DNA of 64,000 nucleotides, taken from positions 3,875-67,874 of IMG/VR virus record IMGVR_UViG_3300014205_000223; one strand, given 5' to 3'. This stretch comes from a virus (Duplodnaviria; Caudoviricetes). Under the pieces are notes generated by a model. That model was not told where the DNA came from. It saw only the letters and a program-made list of their open reading frames with translations, and did no database searches. Of this stretch, positions 57,859 through 64,000 are shown piece after piece. Positions within the stretch are counted from its first letter, which is position 1; the number at the start of each line of letters is the position of its first letter. A program made the translations under genes and the position numbers.

Positions 57859-58395
57859 TTAGTCGTCTATCGGAGCGATTCTGCCCCTAGATACATTTGT
57901 TCTTTCTGTCATTTCCGGGCGTGACAACCCGCTACGAGGATCATGTTCTTTATACATGTTTTGCTTTACAGCGGACATTTGAAGGCGGGTATCCTCTTCG
58001 ATTGACCGTCTTTGCTTATCTTGTAAAGCTTTTGGTCTTTCCATCAAAATCATGCCATGAATGCCTATAACATCTATGCCATTGAAATCGACGTGCATTA
58101 CGAACTGGCCTTTAGGGACACTTGACATGGGCCTTGGTTTCCAGCCTCTGTTGTATTTTTTAAATACATTGGCTTGGTCTTCAGTACCTTGTACTAGGGT
58201 TCTTACCCATCTTTGTACATAACCATCACGAGGCGGGATATTGCTCGTATTAAGCATTGAATCATCATCCCACGCTGCATAATCTTCATGCACGGGCTCT
58301 GCTGCTCTCAAGTCTTGATCTCTTGATTCTCTTTGATCTTGATGTGCTGCCAGTTTTGCCGCATTAGCAGCTCTTTGTTCTCTTGTATAAGCCAT
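57859..58395 (-). CDS. conserved head-region protein
   Basis: P.P..GY..RWVR...GW.P...GMILMERP pattern; lies between scaffold and capsid genes. Confidence 0.65.
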   Translation of the reverse strand: MAYTREQRAANAAKLAAHQDQRESRDQDLRAAEPVHEDYAAWDDDSMLNTSNIPPRDGYVQRWVRTLVQGTEDQANVFKKYNRGWKPRPMSSVPKGQFVMHVDFNGIDVIGIHGMILMERPKALQDKQRRSIEEDTRLQMSAVKQNMYKEHDPRSGLSRPEMTERTNVSRGRIAPIDD

Positions 58396-58397
58396 GA

Positions 58398-59291
58398 TTA
58401 TTTCCTGTTTTTAATCCATTCTTGACGTTGACGAGGGTCGTTGGGGTCTAGCCCCCATGCAGCCATTCTTTTTTTGTCTTCGGCGGTGAATGCAGTTTTT
58501 GAATTGGAACCTACCACTTGTCCACGATCTGGCGCTCCGGCTGGCGGTGGCGTCTCACGCTTCAGCTTTCTATCGAGTTGCACATAGGTGTCAGGGTCGT
58601 CTAAATCGTACCCATCATCTAACAGTTCTCGGAAAATCTTGTTGGCTTTTTCAAGTCTGGACTTTTGATTAACATCGAATATCCAGGCATTGTTTGTTTC
58701 CCAATTTTGTTGGGCTTGTGGCGTGTTCGCTACTGGAGCTGGCTCAGGTTGAGTAGGCTCTGGTGTCGCTGGTTGTGGGGTTTGTTTTTGAACGACAGGC
58801 ACTGACTTAGGTTGCCTTGACTGTATTTTGAGCTCCATGAGTTCATCATCGATTTCAACTATCTCATCGTATTCGCCTATTTCCAAGGCTTCTTTTTTAC
58901 GCTGAAGGAGAGCTTTTCTCTTTGACTCAAGTTCTTGTGTTGATTGATCTTCTATTTCTTTTTTACGGTGCTGCCTTAATTCTTCTATCTGTGCCTTCAA
59001 TTCTTCTTGTTCGGCATTTAAGGCTGCTAATTTTTCAGCGTCCTTTGCTCTTGCCTCACGTTCTACATTGCGCTCATAGACTAGCTTATCCAGTCTTTTC
59101 TGTACTCTGCGGCTATAGGACTCCTTGTCGTCATCATCTTCTTTTTTGGGCTCTTTAGGTAGTTCTTTGGTGGCTTCCGGTTCTACTTCCTTAATGAGCT
59201 CTGCAACCTTATCAAGGTCTTCATCATCCTCTATTAAATCCTTTGGTATTTCATCATCGAGAAGTTCAATCTCGTCATCATCTTCGTACAT
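58398..59291 (-). CDS. capsid scaffolding protein
   Basis: Acidic N-terminus, YS.RVQKRLDKL..E coiled coil, W..NN.W, position. Confidence 0.7.
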   Translation of the reverse strand: MYEDDDEIELLDDEIPKDLIEDDEDLDKVAELIKEVEPEATKELPKEPKKEDDDDKESYSRRVQKRLDKLVYERNVEREARAKDAEKLAALNAEQEELKAQIEELRQHRKKEIEDQSTQELESKRKALLQRKKEALEIGEYDEIVEIDDELMELKIQSRQPKSVPVVQKQTPQPATPEPTQPEPAPVANTPQAQQNWETNNAWIFDVNQKSRLEKANKIFRELLDDGYDLDDPDTYVQLDRKLKRETPPPAGAPDRGQVVGSNSKTAFTAEDKKRMAAWGLDPNDPRQRQEWIKNRK

Positions 59292-59364
59292 GATTGGGTT
59301 TCCACATTGGGATCGCGCACTTGTCGCGGGGTGGGAGTCATCACGACTGCCGTTTCACGGATAA

Positions 59365-59568
59365 TTAATCCATGTCTTTGTCAGCATCCATATCCATAGA
59401 ATCTATTACACATCCCTTATATTGCTGAATTTTGTTTTTGGCATACGCAATAGCTGCGTTTAGCCGTTTTGGATCTTTTTTGATGCAAGCTGCGTCCATT
59501 AAAGACCTTGCATCGTTCTCTGCTTGCCAATCATGGTCAATAGATGGAGCTTTATTTATTTTTGCCAT
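59365..59568 (-). CDS. hypothetical protein
   Basis: W.AE.DAR.L..A..IKKD..RL.AA. Confidence 0.6.
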   Translation of the reverse strand: MAKINKAPSIDHDWQAENDARSLMDAACIKKDPKRLNAAIAYAKNKIQQYKGCVIDSMDMDADKDMD

Positions 59569-59576
59569 TTGTTTTC

Positions 59577-59993
59577 CTATAGAAAATTTAATACTGATAG
59601 ATCATCAATAACAGCAATAACCTCATCATCATTAATAATTTTGAGTTTGCTTAATTCACCCTTATCATGAATTGTGATCTCAGCTCCAGTGTAAGAACTG
59701 TACTGAATAATATCGCCAATTTTGCACCAGGGTTTAGGTGTATGTTGATCAAGTGGAATGCCGCCTTGAAATTTTGTATGAAAGTAACACTCATCGCCCA
59801 TAGCGACAACTTTTGCAATGTTGCGGAAATATTCGAGTGTTTTTACTGACTCATTGAGAAGAGCAATTCCGCCAGCGGATTTGTCATTTATTTTTACTGG
59901 AGCAATTAGTATGCGCCAGCCTGCGGGTTTTGGTAGTTTTTCTACCGGGATATTTTGTGCTTCAAAATTTAGACTGTTCAATGGATTTACCAT
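59577..59993 (-). CDS. groES: GroES-like co-chaperonin
   Basis: LP.PAGWRILI.P, KSAGGI.L, VVAMG..CY, PWCK.GD...Y..Y.G, IINDDEVIAVI. Confidence 0.88.
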   Translation of the reverse strand: MVNPLNSLNFEAQNIPVEKLPKPAGWRILIAPVKINDKSAGGIALLNESVKTLEYFRNIAKVVAMGDECYFHTKFQGGIPLDQHTPKPWCKIGDIIQYSSYTGAEITIHDKGELSKLKIINDDEVIAVIDDLSVLNFL

Positions 59994-60088
59994 AGTTTGT
60001 GAAGAATTGAATTATTGGAAGCTAGATTGTCCAATATCCGTATATTAGCATTAAATCATATACTTGTCAATGTATATTTTAGCACATG

Positions 60089-60361
60089 CTAACGTTCGTC
60101 CTCATCCTCGTCATTGACGTATAGATCAATTGCATCATCTACAATTGCCAGAGATTGCCGCAATCCCTGAATCTTACCGCATTGCCTCTTATAATCCTCA
60201 AAATTACCTGCCGTACCATTGGCAAGCGAATTGGCAATCTTTTCAATTTCGTCGTTTATAAACAATTTTATTTGTACTATCAGGGGGTCGTCGTGGAGGG
60301 ACATTGGGCTTTTACTCATTATGTGTGGGGTATGGCACATTATAGCACGGTTTAACACCAA
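60089..60361 (-). CDS. small conserved head-module protein
   Basis: L..G.A..F.DYK..CG.IQGL...L; start uncertain. Confidence 0.6.
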   Translation of the reverse strand: MVLNRAIMCHTPHIMSKSPMSLHDDPLIVQIKLFINDEIEKIANSLANGTAGNFEDYKRQCGKIQGLRQSLAIVDDAIDLYVNDEDEDER

Positions 60362-60428
60362 AATTTAGTTTGCAATTTGGGTAAAAATGAGTTGTAATAA
60401 GTTGCACTTTTAACTATTGGAGATAAAT

Positions 60429-60701
60429 ATGAAAACAATCAATACCGGAGTAAAACTTGATGAGGCATTGCACACCCGCCTTAAAGCCCTGGGCGAGATA
60501 AAAGAACGCTCTCCCCACTGGATGATGAAAGCGGCCATCGAGGATTACGTAAGCAGGGAAGAACGCTATGAGCGGGAGAAGCGTGAGGACGAGGAAAGCT
60601 GGCAGCAATACAAACTAACTGGACATAGCATACCGCACGAACAGATTATACGGTGGGTGGAGTCCTGGGGAACCGATGAGGAATTGCCATGCCCAGAATA
60701 A
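60429..60701 (+). CDS. CopG/ribbon-helix-helix antitoxin
   Basis: GVKLD..L..RLK.L....RS.HWMMK.AI..YV..EE; W..Y..TG.S....I..W..SWGT..E...P; GGAG RBS. Confidence 0.85.
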   Translation: MKTINTGVKLDEALHTRLKALGEIKERSPHWMMKAAIEDYVSREERYEREKREDEESWQQYKLTGHSIPHEQIIRWVESWGTDEELPCPE

Positions 60702-60973
60702 GCTGGCTTCCTACAGCACAAAGGGATCTTCGCAGGTTGCGCGCATTCCTGGCCGACAAAAGTCCAAGCGCGGCCAGGCGAGCCGTGATGAAGATGCTGA
60801 CCGGAGCGGAAATACTTTGTGATTTCCCGGAAGCAGGCAGCCCAATGAACGATGGCACCGGACGGCGAGAACTGATCCTGCCATTCGGCGCGGGTGATTA
60901 TGTGCTGCGCTACCGGCTTGACGGGCAAACTGTGCTAATCATCCGCGCTTGGCACAGCAAAGAAAACAGGTAG
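60689..60973 (+). CDS. RelE/ParE family toxin
   Basis: A..DL.RL..FL..KSP.AA.RA...I..GA..L..FP..G, RELI.PFG...YV.RY......V.I.R.WH..E.R. Confidence 0.9.
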   Translation: MPRISWLPTAQRDLRRLRAFLADKSPSAARRAVMKMLTGAEILCDFPEAGSPMNDGTGRRELILPFGAGDYVLRYRLDGQTVLIIRAWHSKENR

Positions 60974-61022
60974 TTTTTAGCACAGATTTTTGTTGAGCAT
61001 TTGCTTGACAACTTTATTTAGC

Positions 61023-61716
61023 TTATTTTAAAAACTCTTCCGGTATTTTTGCGCCCTTTATTATGTTATCAATAGCCCATAACGGTCTTAAGTTGGTATA
61101 GTGGTTTAGTTCCAACAAATGTGCTTCATCACGGGCCTTTGATACTGGGAAATGATGATCGATGTGCCATTCACTTCTTCGCTCCCAACTCATCCCTTCC
61201 TGGAATTGACTTTCTATGTGCATTTTGAATTCTTCAAAAGTGCAGCCAAGTATTTCAAATGTCTTGGATTTTTTGGTGTATCCTTGGTTTTTTATAGATC
61301 GCTTTATAATCGTTCTAATGTACATAGAGAACTTATATAAGGGATCGGAGTCTAATCGCTTTTTACGGTATCTTTTATACATTTCAGAAACCTTCTCTGT
61401 ATTGGCCGATTTCCATTTCCTGACGTTTTCAGCATTCTTTTCTGGGTTCTCTGCCCTCCATATTTTGTTTCTCTCACAATTCCTCTCACTGTGTCCTTCA
61501 TAATATTTTCTATAATTATAAATAACTTTATCTGGATTCGCTGTCCGCCATTTTTTTTTGACGATCATATAGAATATCTTTATTTTTTGCTTGCCATTTT
61601 TTTGAACTTTCACGTAAACATTCCTTGCAGTATATATTTAGTCCATCTTTTTTACTCTTATCTTTACCGAACTCACTCTCATCTTTTTCAATTTTGCATC
61701 TTCTACATAATTTCAT
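61023..61716 (-). pseudogene. Zn-finger HNH-type (endonuclease VII-like) gene split by a frameshift in an A9 run
   Basis: 5' part MKLCRRCK.EK..SEF.K....KDGL...CKEC (ATG 61716, GGAG RBS) ends at 61528; 3' part KWR...F..HIE.QF..GMSW....WHIDH..PVS....NHYTNL.PLW..DN..K is in another frame; removing one A at 61551-61559 joins them. Confidence 0.75.
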
Positions 61717-61855
61717 TATTTTTCTCCACAAACTTTTCAAACATCAATTCAATCAACTGTATGACCGTTATATCCATCTCTAACGCCAGTCTTTTTATAT
61801 TCTTGTGTGTTGCTACTTTGATTCTTATTGTCTTATACGGCGCGTTCTTGTTCAT
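61703..61855 (-). CDS. 50-aa ribbon-helix-helix-like DNA-binding protein
   Basis: MNKNAPYKTIRIKVATHKNIKRLALEMDITVIQLIELMFEKFVEKNNEIM*; AGGA RBS; overlaps the HNH start; below the ORF-track cutoff. Confidence 0.6.
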   Translation of the reverse strand: MNKNAPYKTIRIKVATHKNIKRLALEMDITVIQLIELMFEKFVEKNNEIM

Positions 61856-61882
61856 TTGAATTTCCTAGTTATGTAAGATTGC

Positions 61883-61911
61883 AATATACCACGTATTACA
61901 CATAAAGTCAA
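61883..61911 (-). promoter_or_regulatory. sigma70 promoter for the RHH-HNH cassette
   Basis: Minus strand TTGACT-17-TATATT. Confidence 0.65.
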
Positions 61912-62299
61912 TCTATAATTATGCTAAATAACATGCACAGTTATTTGACATTAGCGTAGATTTATGTTGCGTTCAAGTTTAGCATGTGCTATACTGCTCG
62001 TGTAAATAAAAAATCTGCCTACACAGATAGAAAAGATGAGCGATCGTTCTGGAGCATATTAAAACAATGCTCGTGTAGGCAGAATGATCCCTCATCTTTT
62101 TTGCGTTTTGTAAAATAAAATTGAGCACTTCAGGGGTAACCAGGTTCAACTCAATTTGATCGGCGGGAAGAATGAGCAAAGCCCGCACCGTGTGGATAAC
62201 AATCTGAAAATGTTTTTACGGCAAGACTCTTGAAATACTGGGCCATAACCTGACACTGTTGTTATGGAATTACCGGGGAGAGTTGACATCCTCCCTGAC

Positions 62300-62902
62300 C
62301 TAAAGGACAGGGATTCCTACTGCTAGTCTCTGATGTCCCAGAGAGAGAATGTTCTTAGCTGCATTAATATCTCTATCATGCATAGTGCCATATCTTTCTA
62401 GTATTTCTTTAGCCCAAGCTATTTTATCGACGACACGCTGTCCACATGGTTGTGATGATGACCATAGTTCTAAGTTTTCAATTCTGTCGTCATCACGCAC
62501 ACCGTTTAAATGGTGAACATTTTCATCTTTATACAAAGGCCTACCGATGTGTTGCTCCATGATATATCGGCATTTTCTATAGACTTTCCCATCAACACGT
62601 ATCTCTACATATCCTTGGTTTGTTAACCACTCACCGCCTTTGAAGTTAGGGTTTTTACTGCCTAATTTACTTAACCCTTGGCATTTTGTTGAGCAAAATA
62701 ACAAAGCGTTTTTGGGTGTTAGATTTCCTTTGTCCCTAATAAACTCTTTTCCACATGATTTGCATACGCGAGTTATTTTTGACGCTATTGATTGCCATTC
62801 ACAAGCGCATTTTCTTGAACAGAATATCCTGTTGATAGTTCTATGCTTATTTATGGTTTCCAAGCCGCATTGCTTACAGTTAAACAAATCACCTACTTTC
62901 AT
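62300..62902 (-). CDS. HNH endonuclease (two Zn-finger repeats plus HNH_3-type core) fused to the TnpB C-terminal RuvC-III tail
   Basis: CKQCG...FCSRKC, CKSCGKEF...FCSTKC, GYV.I...YIMEQHIGRPL...E.VHH.NG..DD.R.ENLELW, then GTMHDRDINAAKNILSLGHQRLAVGIPVL. Confidence 0.85.
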   Translation of the reverse strand: MKVGDLFNCKQCGLETINKHRTINRIFCSRKCACEWQSIASKITRVCKSCGKEFIRDKGNLTPKNALLFCSTKCQGLSKLGSKNPNFKGGEWLTNQGYVEIRVDGKVYRKCRYIMEQHIGRPLYKDENVHHLNGVRDDDRIENLELWSSSQPCGQRVVDKIAWAKEILERYGTMHDRDINAAKNILSLGHQRLAVGIPVL

Positions 62903-63102
62903 TATTTCAACTCCTTCATTAAATCGAAGCCGGAAGTCTCAAGGTTCATATAACCAACTTCTGGAACTGGAACCCAAGAGAATTCAGCAGACGTTTCATT
63001 AGCTGCATTCCAAACCTGATTGCACTCAAAAGCCATACGATTCAGCACCTTTGCGTGCTTGTCGCGTATTCTAACTTTGAGTGTTTTAGTTTGGAGTGTC
63101 AT
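62902..63102 (-). pseudogene. tnpB: TnpB N-terminal fragment (66 aa)
   Basis: KTLKVRIRDKHAKVL..MA.E.NQVWNAAN is a TnpB-type N-terminus; stop overlaps the HNH start (TAATG). Confidence 0.75.
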
Positions 63103-63263
63103 TTGCCTTGCAATAATTCCATAAGTTGTTTTTCAGTATAACGCCTATGCCCACCAGCAGTACGCACAGGGACTAATTTCTTTTTGACTTCCCATCTTCT
63201 CAGTGTGGTTACATCTACACCAAGTAGTTCAGCCGCTTGTCGAATGTTAATATATTTTTCCAT
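63099..63263 (-). CDS. 54-aa MerR-type HTH (IS607 TnpA N-terminal-like, no serine recombinase domain)
   Basis: MEKYINIRQAAELLGVDVTTLRRWEVKKKLVPVRTAGGHRRYTEKQLMELLQGK*; ATGA overlap with tnpB; below the ORF-track cutoff. Confidence 0.8.
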   Translation of the reverse strand: MEKYINIRQAAELLGVDVTTLRRWEVKKKLVPVRTAGGHRRYTEKQLMELLQGK

Positions 63264-63427
63264 GTTGTATATTATTTCATAGTTTTACATAGAAGTCAAC
63301 ACCTATTTATGCTAACATTAAATTAGTGGTAGTGCCTTATATTCCCCAAATTAAGCAAGTGGCTTTACGGCGTATTTAGGTAACATTATATCGAGGAAAA
63401 TTAATTCACTATTTGCTAAATATTTAC

Positions 63428-63457
63428 TTGACAACTTTGTTTAGCATATGCTATACT
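63428..63457 (+). promoter_or_regulatory. sigma70 promoter with palindromic operator
   Basis: TTGACA-18-TATACT; perfect palindrome TAGCATATGCTA at 63442-63453. Confidence 0.75.
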
Positions 63458-63459
63458 TA

Positions 63460-63960
63460 CCCATAAAGTCGAGCTTGGTAACTCGGCGACATCAAAAATC
63501 GGAGTTCATGGGAAGCGTGAACCGTTTGATGCAATTTTAGATTTTTGATGTGTTAAACGACCAGGCCGATTTTAGATTAATTCCACAGAAAAGCCTGCGT
63601 CATAACCGATGTAGGCTTTTCTGTTTGCATCGAAAAAACACTAATTCAATATTTTAAAGGGGGTTTGCACCCTGGCGCGTTACCTCAAACGTAATCGTCA
63701 AGCATGGATAGAAAGCAAATACGCTATATCTGGGAGGGTAAACTGACCGGGGATATAGCGGAAAATGCCAAACCGGGTGGGAACGTGGCAATAAGGTGGA
63801 ATCGAAATAGTAGAGCCTTTCCCTGCGTAATTTACTGCGCGAAGTCTGCTATGTTATAGCCTGTGAATGGGTCTATTTCTGCCATAGTCGGGTATCTAAT
63901 CCCCTGGGCAAGCGATTGATTCCCTAGGAATCTTTTGCCTTTGCGGGATTAGGTAAGTTA
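63460..63960 (+). ncRNA. candidate long structured RNA / leader
   Basis: No ORF of 60 aa or more; many stems (63489-63500/63540-63551, 63586-63598/63611-63623, 63722-63730/63752-63760, 63893-63903/63945-63955). Confidence 0.45.
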
Positions 63961-64000
63961 AGTAATGTTAAATATATTGATTCTAGGAATGCCCGTTGAT

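Larger units (their letters stand above)
61023..61977 (-). mobile_element. RHH + HNH cassette inserted into a phage promoter, flanked by TTTAGC direct repeats
   Basis: TTTAGC at 61017-61022 and 61978-61983; the joined flanks rebuild a near-copy of the promoter at 63428-63457. Confidence 0.6.
62282..63300 (-). mobile_element. degenerate IS607/IS200-IS605-type tnpB element with HNH-replaced core
   Basis: MerR-type HTH gene, TnpB N-terminal fragment, HNH fused to the TnpB HDRDINAAKNI tail, right end GGAATCCCTGTCCTTTAGGTCAGGGAGGATGTCAAC; left boundary approximate. Confidence 0.75.

Noticed and set aside
62191-62199. Perfect DnaA box (TTATCCACA, minus strand) as a replication origin
   Set aside because: It is a single box with no cluster or iterons, which is not enough to call an origin.
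62300-63102. Intein or IStron that would splice to restore TnpB
   Set aside because: There is a stop at 62902, no intein terminal motifs, and the two TnpB pieces total only about 95 aa.
63171-63190. Possible frameshift in the MerR-HTH gene
   Set aside because: A recount shows five As, and the frame is open through KKKLVPVRTAGGHRRY.
63703-63858. 51-codon ORF MDRKQIRYIWEG...
   Set aside because: No RBS or motif, and it overlaps dense stem structure; treated as non-coding pending data.
1-64000. CRISPR array, tRNA/rRNA genes, integrase, reverse transcriptase or DGR
   Set aside because: No regularly spaced repeat-spacer series, no cloverleaf with a T-loop motif, and no tyrosine/serine recombinase or RT motifs were seen by eye.

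Overview
The window is a large part of an AT-rich tailed phage genome with podovirus-like virion genes. It is probably a temperate phage-plasmid, because it carries ParA plus a partner gene and shows no integrase. Positions 1-13948 (+) are early genes: the tail of an ATP-grasp acyl-CoA ligase, DHFR, a P-loop kinase, NrdJb, ERF and YqaJ recombination genes, ParA and many small ORFs. Positions 13945-60361 (-) are late genes: GroES, scaffold, major capsid, a long fibre/spike block, tail tube, ejection proteins, two giant polyvalent proteins (3192 aa with a DNA methyltransferase; 2470 aa with three ADP-ribosyltransferase-like domains) and a lysis cassette. Positions 60400-64000 are an accessory and regulatory hotspot with a RelE/ParE toxin-antitoxin pair, an HNH cassette that appears to split a promoter, an IS607/IS605-type tnpB element whose core is replaced by an HNH gene fused to the TnpB C-terminus, and a long structured non-coding region. 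No terminase or portal gene is in the window. The best candidates for new biology are (1) the HTH/TnpB-N/HNH::TnpB-C/right-end chimera, (2) integron-like cassettes with an inverted attC-like site among the early small ORFs, (3) GNRA-type hairpins placed just before several late-gene starts, and (4) a palindromic operator regulon and its structured RNAs. All domain calls come from motif recognition by eye; no database or HMM search was run.
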